This document shows positions 40,130-54,631 of a stretch of 64,000 nt of DNA, piece by piece. The notes under the pieces were generated by a model. That model saw only the letters and a list, made by a program, of their open reading frames with translations, was not told where the DNA came from and did no database searches. Where the stretch lies: assembly GCF_037042905.1 (NCBI RefSeq), contig NC_087251.1, positions 24,182,001 through 24,246,000 on the forward strand, in the 5' to 3' direction. The stretch comes from Lytechinus pictus. Its lineage: Eukaryota. The number at the start of each line of letters is the position of its first letter. Position 1 is the first letter of the stretch. The position numbers and the translations under genes are program-made.

Positions 40130-43100
40130 GGGTTACGCCAAACTCAGATTACAGTACGTGGGACCATTATCATGAGTGCGTAAACTTAAGAGTACATTTT
40201 ATCAGTTACCACGTTCATTTATTTGGATTAAGGATTCAAGTATCATATCATGTTATCACAAAACAATGAAAGCACAAAATAAACTGGTTACACTTACAAG
40301 CATAAGCAAGCTAACAACAAATTTCACGTATAATACAGTATAATATCTTCTTCGATACAGATTTCGTCGACTGCTTCTTCCAAGTTACGGTATCTTCAAA
40401 GATACATGTCAAGTTGAAAATGTACATATACATCGTGCTTTGTGCGTTCAGGGTGGCGTGTCAAGAAATGACTTATCCGACGTTTTATCCGTCAAGTCCC
40501 ACTTTATCCGACAGTTACCATAATAAGGGAAAGATTTAAGATCTGACAACTTGTCGGACAAAAATGTTGATGAAACGCTCTCCTGCTCAGGCACAGACCC
40601 TGATTGACACTTTGATCAACAAGTGGGTCTCCACGCAAAGACTAGCACTTGCAAAACTTCGTGTTTCAATTCTGAGCGAGTAGAGATGGCCTTCAGTACA
40701 CAATGCGTTATAGGCTGCACATTGAGACCTTTAACACGAGTGAAGGGTTTGCAACTTTGCACAACAGACTATGGTTCATAAAGCTTTTCCAAATTAATTG
40801 ATTTTTTTCATAGGGTGGTTCTAAAATATTTTATCAATAAATTAAATAATCCAATTATCTAGAGGAAGAAGAAGAAGAAATCATTTTTTTTTAACACGAA
40901 AAGATGAAAAGGTTGTAAAGCCCAAGTTGTACGCATAATAAAGCAGGATAAATAATGATCACATGACTAAGACCTCTTTAAAAAAGTTTATATTATGTTA
41001 TACAGTAATATCACTACTGGATGTTGTAATCTTTGTGTGTGTGTGTGTGTGTGTGAGGGTGTGTGTCAATTGCTCAGCACTCGACTTCCGATAAAATTAC
41101 TAAGAGAAATAGTCTTTCAGTCATCTTAGTCGTAGATAATTACAAGAAATGCACATGAAAAAAAAAGAATTGTTATCGTTTTATGTAGGACTTTCATGCA
41201 AGCTAAACTTCCAATACCTACCCCCCCCCCCCCCTTATCTTTCTGAATTTCATCTCTATTTTAGGTGTTTCCTTTCCCGCCCATTTGTTACCAGCAGGTC
41301 GCTTAAGGGAAAGAATATCTGCGATAACACCATTTTAGTACAGTGATTTGGCGCACCCGCTGCTTTATGAATAGGCTTACGCGTTATTTATCAAACACAA
41401 TGTTAATACCTGCAGTATCATTATTAGGGCAGGGACAGGTGCAGGTAGTGATTTCACATCGAAAATTTGAACCAGATCTTTTCTAATTTCTCAACATCAA
41501 CTGAACATTATATCAGTAACAATGGATGAATCTATAAACACTCGGTCACTTTCATTTATTTTGCTCTGTCTTGTTTCAATATTTAATTTATATGACTGCA
41601 TGAGTTAGAGTTATGTTTACACGACTGATTTTTGCTCCTATCACACCTTGGTCTATGTGATTAACTCACGAGACATCAGACGAAACAAAAACAAAAACAT
41701 ACGTGTTGATGGCATAAAAAAGGGCGTAGGCTGGGGGATGCACTGGGTGCACGTGGCACCCTCCCGCTGAGGCAGAGGATCGAGTTCCGACACTGGCAGC
41801 AAAACGAAATTTGTACCCCTTCTGCTTTCAACAGCTGATTTTCCAAATTTTAGTTCCACCTCCCCAAGATGTGCACGCCCATACCACTTCACCTCACAAG
41901 GATGTGAACCTTCCCATGCTTTAACTGACATTACGTCCTTGGGCATTATGTGAACCTCAACCTGATTATACCCCCAATCTTGAATGGGCCTATAACAATT
42001 AGTTGGATTATAATACTACTAGTTTGATTATGTTGTTTTTAATTGTATGGAGTTATGGAGTTACATTTAGAAACTGTTTTTCAATTTTGAACTTGACAAG
42101 TATAGGTTGCTCCATGGTTTTAGGTTGTAATCTTGCAATGTAGCCTATTGTAGGCCTACTATCACATGTATTAATACTGTGACAAGAGAGGAAATTTGAC
42201 CAAAGTCAGATTAAACAAAATAATATATTCATAGTGCCTCGAGCATCTATGCCTATTGCTATCTCCTTTATTATAGTTAGTTGACAATAATTGTGTTCTT
42301 GTAAATATTGAGATTTATACCTATTTACTTTACAAATCGTTCGATTTACCTTTTTTTTCTTTTTTTTTAATACTAATTTCATTCATTGATTATAATGTTT
42401 TAGTGCTATATCAGATTAAATCATTAAAATTTACAAATTATTAGGAATTATAAAAAAAAATATTGTGCCCCATGTATGGTAACCGACATGCATGCAAGTC
42501 AGCAATCATTCATGCAGGCCTATTGGACATGCATGTATTTTTTCTAATGAAAAAAAAATCTATAGTTCGACTTTAAATAGATTCATTCGAAGTCTGGTCT
42601 TACTGTTACCAACAAACATTGACACGTGTCTCGCATAATGCTACAATCAAAGGATTTTAGCATGCTAAACGAGATAACAATTTTGTTCTTCACTGTGAGG
42701 TCAATTTCCATTCGACCCCTGCTTGCCACAACAAAGGTCTCTCTTGCGCAGGTCCCATTTTGTGATGCACCCGTCCATCGTTATGCCACAGACTGTGTTC
42801 GGGTAAGGGGGGGGGGGGGCGATTGGGAGAGAAAACGATATACAGACAGAAAGGTGAGAGACAGGGAGAGAAAATGAATGAAAATGAAGTCATTGGTGTA
42901 AATGGGAAATGTGTTGGTATAGCGATTGGCATGTCATGATTTTGGGCAAATGAATAGTTATGTGGAGGAGAGAAGGACAGAAAATACTGTTAGAGGAGGA
43001 GGAGGAGAGAAAGAGAGAGAGAGAGATAGAGGCGGAGGGAGAGAAGGGGGAGGCGACACGGATGTACGAAAGGTAATAGTCTAGTCCCTAAGTTGAGTTT

Positions 43101-46100
43101 CTTTTGGCGGGAAACTTTCTGGCAGCACCTGGTGAGATCGAAGTCGAAAAAGGGCGAAAAATAAATACCATAAATATCAAATGAGAATGAAAAAGGCAAG
43201 ACACCTGTCCACCCCTGGGAAGATGATGGAGGTTATGAAGAAGATAACAAACAAACTAGAATTATTGGACTTTGGCACGGGCATCATGCTAACAAAACTC
43301 CGGGTCGGTATTAAGAGCACAGTCCGTTTCACTCCGTGTGCGCTCCGCCTGTTGGCGTTTTAGGCCTACGATGTGTCGATATTTCATTTTTTTTTTTTCA
43401 ATTTGTTTCCCCTCCATCGATTCGTCTTCAAAAATTGTGTGTCTGAGGGAAAGCCATGTAAAATCACAATTGGAATTGAGAATCATATTAATGACAATAT
43501 CAAAATAACGTCAATAAATGCTTCCCTCACTTGTCTTATATTATCAAAATAATGATAAAAGTATACACCCGCTGTTTCATTGAGGCATTATCTTGGATCA
43601 TTCTGAACTTAAAATTAGCCGACTTGCTTGCAAATATGAGGTACAATGACAATTTAATGTGCTTTCCGATGTCTCTAAAAACTGAAGGACTGTGACATCG
43701 ATTTTAACGCATGATTAATTTCCCCATTGACTGTCTTCAATTAACTGGCCCATGGGTGCCTGGATCTGTCTGCAGACGATATCACATTGAGCCCTAATTT
43801 TGGCGCGCGCGATTTTGTTGGTCGCGTGCCAGAAGAGGACGGTGGCACACGCTCTTGCATGCATCGGGGCACGCCCCTTGTTAACGGAACAGAGGATTCG
43901 GAGTTTATGGACAGTTTGTATCGACTCGTTAGTAGACAGTCAACCTTCAAAGCAAACGATGTCCTCTCAGCTGCATCAACCATGGTTTAGGTACGGCCCT
44001 ATGGAAGGCCCACTTTGCTTCAAAACATATCACGAAACGGATACATTAAACATCAAATAAAAACAAAAACACTCTCCAAGGCAAAAATATTTTAACCCCC
44101 ACTAGAACAGGTATAATCATTCAGTGTACGATGTTTTCTCCATACATGGTTCATCATTTGTTTCGAATTTCATGTGTTATTATTAATTGATTGATTTATT
44201 TATCTATCTATTTATTTACTTACTTATCTATTTATTTGTTTATTAATTTGTTAATTTATTTATTTTCCTTTCCATTTTCTCTCTCTCTTTCTTATTTTCT
44301 TTTCTTTCCACCCTTCTCCATTTTAGGAGAGATGGGTGCATGCAATTAAGGTGTTGTTTTTGTGCTGAAGCAGACGTATTCAATGTGTTCATTCATGGTT
44401 GGTTAAATGCGCCTACTATTCGTTCCATTCAAATAAGACCGAGAGGAAATTCGAAGTGATCACTATTCTGCCCATTGCTATTTTAAAGGTAGCCCCTAAA
44501 TTTAAAATGAGAATAAAGTGATTAAACATCGTTGGTCAATTTTTTTTTCAATTTATTTATCTGGTAAAATCTAACCATTCCCTGACTAAAACTTAATTCT
44601 GGTATATGAAAAGATCTCTTGTCATAAAAGTGCTTACAGTTAATCTGTAAAACATCTGACAATGCAAATTCAGGACATATTCTTATCACAACATTTTTAG
44701 ATAAAATAATGACTCTATTTTGGCCGTCGTATACGATCTGTTTTTCTGGAGGGGGGCCGGGGGGCTTAAGAACCTCTATCACTGTAAAAGGAATATTGGG
44801 TAAATTTTTGATGGAATTTTTAGCATTTTGCTCTGTAAATTTTACTCTATTTATTTAGGTATAAATATTTTCAGACCGGAGTACCCCTTTAATCATGAAC
44901 TTAGGCGGAACAAATCAAGATCTTTGGGGGCACGAGTATATACCACTATTATGGTAGTAGGTCTATGTATACGGTATATGGCTAGTGATCTGAAAATTAC
45001 ATTAGAGACCTTGAACTAGTTTTATATATCCAAACGTGAACATAGCGATGAATATATCTCACCGGGGGATAAGCTATATTCTCTTCAGAATATTCTCTTT
45101 TGTACGAATGAAACTTATATGATAATAGAACAACCACTTCCTTGAAAGATAGATAAATTCAAACCGTAGATGAGGAGAGGATGCTATGGTGAGGGGGGGG
45201 GGGGGCGATATCCCTCTTCAAATTTAGTAATATAATGAAAGAGGAAATGAAATCAACAAAGACAATCATGCGTATTTCAAAATTGTTGCATATGTGCATG
45301 TGTGTGTATATATAATATTATGCCTACTTTTTTCGAAATTGTGAACAACACGTTTGTTTAACACTTAACATTCCACTTTGATTTGTATCGAAAAAAAAAA
45401 TAGATTTTCTTTTTCACATTTGAGATAATTTAAATAAAAGCCTTGCTTGGTGTGAGTGATTAGAAGTTATTCTACAGACACAATGCAAGTAGTGTTGCTG
45501 TTTTGCAAAGCCTGTACTACCAGCATTAAAAAGAGAATGAATTATTAATATTGTATCGATACTAAGTACAGTTGCACGAAAATGTGTCCGTGACATGCTA
45601 AGGGTTAAAATAGAAATGTAAAGTTTTGAAAATAATTTGGAAAAAAATGCATATTTATTCCTTACGGTATAGGACCCCAAAAAAGTACAGTATCAGCATT
45701 GCTGTATTGGGCTATCCTCCGATACGTTTTATTACTCATTTTGTATATCTTTTTTATTATATAGGCCTATTTATTCTTATCTGTTCGGAAATAAGAAAAA
45801 AAAAATAAGAGACTCTAAAATAGCAAAATCATCAATATAATTTTATGCAATTCATAAATCAATTCGAATTTATCTTAAAAAAAAAACAATAGCCGTGAGA
45901 AGTTAGATATCATTAAACATGATATCAGTTTGCATAATATTCAGAGGTAATGGAATAATACAAACACTTATTGTTCAAGCACTTTCAATTTATTCTGTAA
46001 ACAAATACATACACCGGTGAGTATATCATATTATTTTGCCGTATACTGCAACACGGAAATTGGTGTTTAATTTTACCAGACGTCCTAACCACAGTTCACT

Positions 46101-47264
46101 TACATCCCGTTTATCTTCCTCCGAAATTTGCAAAAAGTGATATTATTTGCAGCAAAGTTAAAACAAATTTTCCCACGGTATTTTGGAAAGTTTTGCAGGA
46201 AGAAGGTAGCTGAGTTTGGTGATTGGCCTGGGAATCTCCTAGGCAAGCCCCCTTATCGGCTGTCACCAGACGGTATCATAACACCAAGCCGGACCTGTTT
46301 AGTGCTCTTTGATTGGTGCCAAATGATGACTCCCTCCTCTACACCTCCAATAACCACTGTATCAACAACCACCCTCGTACCCCACCCGGGACCCCACCCA
46401 ACCACCCCTCCTATCTCCCTGTACGGGTCTTATGGCCCTTATTCGAAAGACAGGATTTACGATTGTACCTTTAGCATGTTTAGCTTGCTTTAATCCGTTT
46501 TTATTATTTCCTGTAGTGGTCCCATAATTCTATCGCCTAAATATGAACGCCGAAAGGAAGTAGTTCAATTAACAAAAAATACGAGCAGAATGCAATATAC
46601 TGTGTATCCACTGGAGAGACTGTCAGATCTCTGTTCTAACGTTTGTTTTTGTTCTTATTTGTCATAGTTTTATATATATATACCAGAGATTGAAGGGATA
46701 TATTTATGAAATGAACTCATCAGATGCAATAATAATCACAACACCTATGAATTTTATGTGTTTGTGTGGGTGTTTTATGCGAATATTCGATAAGATGTTT
46801 ACTCGCTCGAATTCCATCCTCGAATTAAATCATTTCGGACAAAGGTACAATGGAGAAATATATTATATCCCTATTAATTAGAATTTGATAATCAGGTCCA
46901 GCTTTATGTGGTGCTCGCCCGTACATATTGTAAATGTATAAATTGTCATTTCTCTAAAATAAAATTTTGTACATGTACATAAATAATCGGATATGTTGTT
47001 TCATACTTTTTTAATGGAAAATAACAAATTAAAAACAAAATGAAAAATGAAAAATTTATGATGGATCTGCACAACACAATGAGCGAGCAAGTATCAAGTG
47101 ACGTCAAAAAATTAAACTTTCAGATTATACCATTATCTTTCGATATTTTTTTTCACCAATCCTTCATTTCTATAATACTATTTCTTCCATGCATGCTTGA
47201 TCAGCCATTTTAGGTCCAATTACACCAATAAAAACACTCAAAACCTGCCGATGGTCATTAGAAA

Positions 47265-47446
47265 CAGGGGCCGCGGAACGGTTTTCAAAGTGGGGGGGCT
47301 GAGCCAAAAGTGGGGGGGGGGGGGGCTGACCATGCTTAAAATCACAATCATAGGGTAATTTTTACGTTTTTGTACACGGTTTTGGAAAAAAGTGGGGGGC
47401 TGAAGCCCCCCAGCCCCCCCCCCCCCCCCCGGTTCCGCGGCCCCTG
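47265..47446. mobile_element. Short hAT-like MITE; partial copy at about 60360-60422
   Basis: TIR CAGGGGCCGCGGAAC / GTTCCGCGGCCCCTG; no clean 8-bp TSD. Confidence 0.65.
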
Positions 47447-49439
47447 AGAAATAACGTAATAGATTTGGTCAGTCTGGATTCAATTTAGTGTCAGTGGAGC
47501 CAGTGTTAATGGTTGTGTTGTTGAATGAATTTATTGATGGAATCCTTCGATGTTATAAGTAAATAGGTACCGATTAACTTCTCGATACCTATATCAAACA
47601 AGGAAGCGATGCCACCTATTATTATCGGGAATGTTATGCATTTCAAGGAATACCTATACCATGCACGTCTCAGAATGCCGGTACCACGGAGTGGTATAAG
47701 GTCATTCTTGATAACATTATTTGCTGATGAAGCATGCTAACTCCAAAGGGGGGGGGCAGGGGCAGTTGTCCCATAAATTTTGAACTTACATTTTTTCACA
47801 GTAAATTTTTACAAAATTCATAAAAAAATAATTATGCAAGAAATCCTTCAATTTCACTTTACTAAATACAAAAACGCCCAAAATGACAAGTTCGGTCGCT
47901 TCGCTCCTATATATAGCTTTAGATTTTTTTTAAGTTTACGCGTCCTGCCCCCCCCCCCCCCCCGCAAAACAAATTCTGCGTTCGGCTATGCTAAACCTAT
48001 CCAATTATCCTCATCTCCACCGCCATCCTGGCCGATCCTCCCCCTCTTTATCTACCTATCTTATATCAATCCAGTTTCATATTTTTCACTAAATTTATAT
48101 AATTTCACTTTGCCGTAAGAGTCCGATGAACGGATGGTATTTTTCAATGACCAGACCACGCATCCTCAGAATTCAAAGTTGAACAAAGTAACATTAACTT
48201 GATAACAAAAATCATTCAAACACAATATTATGATTTCACCCAAATTATTCCAACATCTTGTCTTATCGCTGTAAAAATTATAAGACTATTTTTGGGGTGT
48301 TGTGTTGGAATGGTTCGGGCACGCTTTTTCAATAATAATCTCTTCCAAGTGTTCGAAAATGATGACAGACCCACATTTCTGTCGCGTGCCCGGCACATGG
48401 CCTCATAATTTGCGAACGCCACAAAGAAAAAAAATCCTTGTTTATACCCGTATTCAACAAATGACGGCAGTAGTTAGGTTATATAAACTTCAAAGAAACT
48501 GATGCTTAATAACTTGTGTTAATCATGATTATGTGTCCACTGAACAAACAACGCCTTTGAACCTTGAGGCCGTTTGATGATGGGGCTAATTACTCCAATG
48601 AACATGATGGTAGGAAGCTGAATGATTCGAACAATTCAAGCTAATCACAGCTACCAACCTCCACCACCAAAACGACAGATGGTAAAGGAGGAGTAAACTC
48701 AAGTATTACGTAACGGAGTTAATGAACATTTACTATACGTGGAGTTATTAATTAACACGTCGCGTGGGCTATGAGGCTACATCGCGTTCGCGTGGTGTAT
48801 ACAGATCGCGTCAAAACGTCGACATTTTGCATTTGCATGCAGAACTGGAAAAATGATGTATGCCTTCCAACAAGGAGGTTCAATAATCATTTGCACATGA
48901 ACAAAGCATACAGACATTTGCACTGGAAAGTGTGCTATATAATATAGTTATATTACGATTTGATTACCAAAACAACCATTATCAGAAGATTTTTTTGGTG
49001 GGAGGGGGTGTGGTAAAGACCATTTATTGTATCATATATACAGTGTTGTCTAGTCCATGTTGCATTGTCTCACTGCGTTGTTCTGATACATTTTGTTTTT
49101 CTGTGTGGGATATTTTGGGGGGATATTTCAGTTCCAGGTATTTTCTGATCGGGAAAAAAATTGTATGTTTATTACTACCTACAACTACAAAAACAATGCA
49201 GGAATAACTACAAAAATTAACTTGATAGAAGTCAGATCCATTTGAAAAAAAAAATCAAAACATTAGGCCTTGACAGAACAACAATGGTGGTATTTTACGA
49301 TTTCCTTATCAGTTTCCTCCAAAATAAAACCTTTGCAATCGACATTAATTTCACAAGGGACTCATATAATTCGGTATACGGGACAAATCTGAATCTTTAG
49401 TGACAAATTAACCCAAACATGAAAGAAAAGAGAAATTTA

Positions 49440-49980
49440 ACCATGGACATATATGATTTAACCAAGCTTAATGCTGAAATATTTATCACAAACGGATGTA
49501 AAGTGAGAAAGTTACGCTAAATTTTACAAAGCAGTTAATCCTGGTCGGTATGTAAATGAGGGAACCAGTATACGTCGCCCACTCACTATTTCTGTATGTT
49601 ATTATAATAAAAATAAAATATTCTAATTTTCTCTTCATTACAATGTGACACGACGATTGATTCCTCACAGATTGTGGCATTGTCATTGCTGTATAACCAT
49701 CGTGATTTGATAAAGAGTTTCCCCAATGTCAAATCTGCAAAACAAATAAATATTGTATACATGTCATTCAATAAAATACAACCTAAATGAATTCTTCATT
49801 TGCCTATCACTGCGTTGTGAATAATAATTATTATAACTGTGCTGTGAAATGAAAATAAATACAATTCTAAGATGTCATAATTTTCTTATTACTAATTCGA
49901 TTTTGATGAAATCTTCAGCATTATTATTTTTCTCTCTTTTTATTAATTTCTTCTTTTGGTGGGGGTGAATTTCCCCTTTA
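49440..49980. mobile_element. Degenerate Kolobok-like family A copy (another degenerate relative at about 11887-12350)
   Basis: Shares cctggtcggtatg.aaatgagg, cactcactat and gattttgatgaaat with 10622-11234; ends cctttaa. Confidence 0.6.
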
Positions 49981-52058
49981 AAGGGTAAACGTGGATTAGG
50001 CTATACTGAGGGTCGTCTTTCGACAGATTTGGTCTGACTTGCATGCCTGATGTATTCGTTTCAGTAGAACTTTTGCTCTTTATCAACAACATAACGATGA
50101 ATATAAAAATTTAAAGGTTTTTCGGGCTCTACAACTATTATAGGTTTCAAATCTCATTTCTATATAAATTGATTGACAATTAAGTTTTTTTTCAATTCAC
50201 TTTATGAATATTCATCATAATAGACATCATCACTCGAGTTTTATAGTAAAGATATAGAAAAAAAAGATATAGCATTTTATCCAAGAACAATATATAGCGG
50301 CTATAATTATGTCAGTGACAGTCGGTTTGTAAATTGGGAGTCGTAGATTGGAAAGGATTGACCCCATTTCCGCTATTATACCTCTCACCCATGACCTCTC
50401 ACGAGAATCTGAAGGAGAAAAGGAATGAATGATAAAGGCTTTTCGATATAAACCGAAAATACGATTTTTTTAACTTCTCAGTTTTCTTCAACACGTTGAA
50501 GCACGTATTATTGTTTGACAAAAACGAAAAAAATATAGGCTACTCGTATAAATGTAAATAATAATAGGACAGAATTCCTCATAATAGACATTTTATACTA
50601 TGTGAAAGCAACAGATGTTCTCCTCAAACTTGACCGTTAAAATGACTGTCCGCATGGGTTGGTCAAGATTAACCGCCCCTCTTCATTCGTGCTTTTGAAG
50701 ACCGACCCAAAATACTGGTTCATTGATCGATAACTGATCGATAATGCCTAATTTTTGTATTGTTCAGTGTTATGCTCAGTTTCGAAAGCACTTTTCCTAT
50801 TTCACACATCGTGCGTATAGTTAGCGATTAAAAAAAATAGCCTATAGACCTAGTGCACTTTGTATCAAAATAATAAAAATAATTACTCTTACTTGTGTAT
50901 TTTATTCTGAGCTGTTTACATAGTGGTTAAGTCATAAATTGCAATTCTAGGCTTAGTATGACAATGAAATAAAACGAAATAATTCCTGACAGATTTTCCG
51001 GGAGATTTTCTCTCCTTTCTCTTATTGAACAGGATGATAGAAATCCATCAAGGACCAAATACATCTTTCTGCAGGTGGAAATCTTGAGATGCAGCAACGA
51101 GCACGATACTTTGATCAGATCTATTTTGACATTCAGCATGAATGGTTCAAAGGTCAAGTGCAACGTCATGTCGACATGCTCATTCTGTTTACCTTGCACA
51201 TGCGCTGTACTCGCGTTCAATTAAGGGGTCACGACCCAAGGGTAGTTTAGATGTCTTATCGGCGAGTGCACATTTTGGCAGATCAATTTATAGGAATGTT
51301 GAGAGCGAAAGAGAGAGAAGGGGGGGGGGGGTTGAGAGAGAGAAGGGGAGTGGGATGGGGTGATGGTTGAGATTTTATAATGGAAGAACCAGTTTTACAT
51401 TGTTATTGGGCTGGGCAGGAGAGGAACTAAATTAACAGGTGGTTACTGGAGAACTACCAGCTACTATTTCGGAGGAATATTACACGTGTGCTCTAACTCC
51501 TATTATCAAGAAACCCTTTTTTTAATTCAGATATTTCTAGTCGAGCGGGGTTTCAAGAAGCAACATAAAAACGGAGAATTGACCAAAAGATTTACGAAAC
51601 AAAAAAATTACAGTAAAAAAAATGGAGCTCAATCTTCTTGTAAATAATTTGACCTTTTCATACTTTGTTTTGTATTATTAAACCAGAGAATCGTTAGTGT
51701 TATGGCGTTGAAGCATAGGACTACATGGTTTCAAAATAAGGTTTCACTCATTGAGAATGACCCAAAACACAGGATCATAATTCGTCTTTCCAATCCATAG
51801 AAAATATATTTCGGTTTACACCTCTCAGGTGTTAGAATTTGAAGAAGCAACCCTTGAGGTAGAGCTTAGAGAGAATTGGTCTATTTCGATGCAGTGGGTC
51901 TTTTGAAGAGTGACGGGCTACACCAGGGGGCTTTGTCTATCTCGACCTAGTCGTTGATCGTTTCTACGTGAGCGAGTCCCGAATGGAACAAAGCTAATTA
52001 CACTCAAATGTGGAGAAACAAAGAGACAGCACACGCTGTTGGTGTACGTCGTAAAGCC

Positions 52059-52966
52059 CTCGCGTGCCCCTCGCCCCCTCGCTCGTGCCAACGACAAAAC
52101 TACATTGTCGTAGAAGTCACTCAAACAATAGTCAGCTACTGTAAGGGCAGTGCCATTACACTTTGTTTATAAAACCAGCCCTCGCGTGCCTATTCTTAAT
52201 TTTATACCCTCCATTCTAGCATTAATATGCAGATGAGAAGTTAACTATCTCGGGAACTTATGCAGATGGTACCCAGCTCTATAGGTCTTAACTTTACGCT
52301 TGTTTGAATGGTTTCATTGACAAAAGTAGCCTTCCATCATTTATTTATTTGGGCTTCCAATGGTTATTGAATAAGACCAAAGAGCACAGATCGATAGTCG
52401 TTTTTAAGTCGCGTGCCCGGAGTAGATCCATTTTTTTTATTGACATGTTCTTTTGTCATGTAGATGTATTGATGCCTCCGGATGAGGATTATGACAGACG
52501 CTGACGAGAAGACGCCCCCTCATCAGCTCCTTTCTTGCCCTGTTGCGCAAACACCTCGTTCTATACGTCCTCAACCGACAACCATCATCAGGTTTTTCGT
52601 AATTACCAGTTAATCCACCATGTCCAGAGGACAATTGCCTCCAGCTGGACAAAGCAGGGGTCTTCGCGTGCCGTCGCGTGCCTAAGTCACTCCTTAAAAC
52701 AGCTTAATTAAATATTCATAAAGGGACGCGTGGGGATCGACTTCTGAACTGCCCATCCAAGAAGCTACTGAATTCCTACAGCTCCTGCAAGACCATATAC
52801 TGAGGATCTAGAGTTTAACGAGTTACTAAGTTACTAAGTCGCGTGCCGTGCCAACACTCTTGATCCCTTGCTGATCTTTAGAACGGGAGATGTTCTTTAT
52901 CTCTGTAATAATTTGTACCCCAGAGTGCAAAGGTATTTGTTCTTATCAGCAGACTTTATGCACCTG
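52059..52966. promoter_or_regulatory. Candidate cis-regulatory module: cluster of Hairy/Hes-type GGCACGCGA sites plus E-boxes
   Basis: Six TCGCGTGCC in 52059-52847, one CTCGTGCC, and E-boxes CAGATG x2, CAGCTG and CACCTG, all in unique non-tandem sequence. Confidence 0.7.
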
Positions 52967-53111
52967 TCGCACGCTTGTTGCTCCAATAGAGGTAAAATTG
53001 ACATCTTAAGATGAAAACGACGATAACCCGAATTGAAAATATAGGCAGTTGTAAGATGGTATACAGCAAAGTCATCCGCCTAAGATCGAAACCCAGTAGG
53101 GTTGATTTTTA

Positions 53112-53293
53112 GGAAATGTTATGGATTAGTGGATAAGTTCCCGGACTTTGAACCACTGTGTCCAGAGTTCGAATCCCACCGCAGTGTTGCCCTTTGCCGA
53201 GACGTTAATCATGTTAATCCACAGGTTAATAATAATAATAATCGTATGGCGCTGAGAAACATGAAGCAATATGCAAATGTTGCATATTATTAA
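53112..53293 (+). mobile_element. Degenerate tRNA-derived SINE
   Basis: A-box-like tggattagtgg, B-box gagttcgaatcc and an AT-rich tail ending tattatt; no intact cloverleaf. Confidence 0.65.
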
Positions 53294-53479
53294 GAAAATG
53301 AAAAAAAAATGAAAATCCCTAATATGTTGTTGGAAATGAAATCTGAAGCGGAAATAGAGCGAAAATTATTTTTGTCCAGTTGATCGTGGGCCCGGTAGCC
53401 ACTGTGCAGTGCAAGATCGATGTAGCACAATCTCTTGGATTTGTGAATGCCAAACATGGTAGCAGGCTACGGCAGCAAC

Positions 53480-54120
53480 TTTTTTTTTTCACTTTTTTTA
53501 AAGTTTTTATTGGGTTTTCATGATTTTATGTTTTTGTTTGCCATACCGGATGGTAAACACTCACCACATCGACCTCGGCTACCCGAAAACACTCTGTATG
53601 TATGATATAAGCATGATGAATATAAACACAGTACTGAAACCACTAACGAGAATGGGTGTATCGACAAAATAAAATATAAAAAATCTGACATTTAGAATGA
53701 AAATAAACTAGATATAGTCATAAGGGAAGTTTAATTACTTTGAAAATAAGCTTTCTTAGGTTTAGGATAGCACAAATCATTTTGGACGCAATGCCACCAT
53801 TTAGTTACATCCATCATCCATTTTGTCATTTGATTGAGAGCTCCAGTGTGAAACCAATATACATCCTACACATCAGCATTGGTTTGCTGTTACTGTATGA
53901 ATTCAATGAACATTCAAGTCGTCCCCGTATTGTAAACGGTCATAACTCTATGGTTATAGCCCCCATTCACATTATTGAATCAATTGCACAAGCCCAACTA
54001 CCATGCAACCATCTAAGGTGTTGTCCTAAGGGTTCGTAGCATGATTTATCTCATTTTCTCAAAATGGATGAAAACCCGGCTAACACGACAACATCTGGAC
54101 AAAAGATGAATCTATATGCT
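53480..54120 (-). mobile_element. Possible 5'-truncated LINE (L1/Tx1-like) remnant
   Basis: On the minus strand AATAAA is followed by an A-rich tail at about 53480-53511, with degenerate coding-like sequence upstream. Family assignment is weak. Confidence 0.35.
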
Positions 54121-54631
54121 TGCGTTTGATTAATTTCATTCTAGTCGCCACGAGGACATTATATTTGGGTTTATCTCATTTATTTCCATTACCAAAAGCA
54201 GAATGATAGATAGCCTTATGTTTTATTATCCTCTTTGTTATAATTTTACAATGAGCACGCGTTTCATTTTCTTGATGCACTAAAAATGGAGCATGGAAAT
54301 AACGAAGATTGATCGGTTGGAACTTCTGACACCCTCTCCAGTCTCTAGAACTAACAATAAACCCACACTAATCTCGAGTTCGTTCCATAGATTGGGTTGA
54401 CTATATAGCTAGATTCATGTATTACGTGTTTAAATCATAATAACACGGCAAAGCAAACAGTTATAACCGACTAGTTGATACGAACAGTTTACAAACTAGT
54501 TTACAAGGTTCCCTCTTTAGTTTTGTAAAGGCTCGGATAATAAGCAATTTTCGGTCAATTTATCATCTGTGAGTTAAAGAGAGAAGATGCGGATATTGGC
54601 AGGATAAAAACTCGGTAGCTCTGTCATGTCT

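Noticed and set aside
39510..40183. Two identical divergent ORFs MSGNCHSLDYHP...
   Set aside because: They result from the inverted repeat arms; there is no independent coding evidence.
53112..53200. tRNA gene
   Set aside because: A/B boxes are present but the stems do not pair and a SINE-like tail follows.
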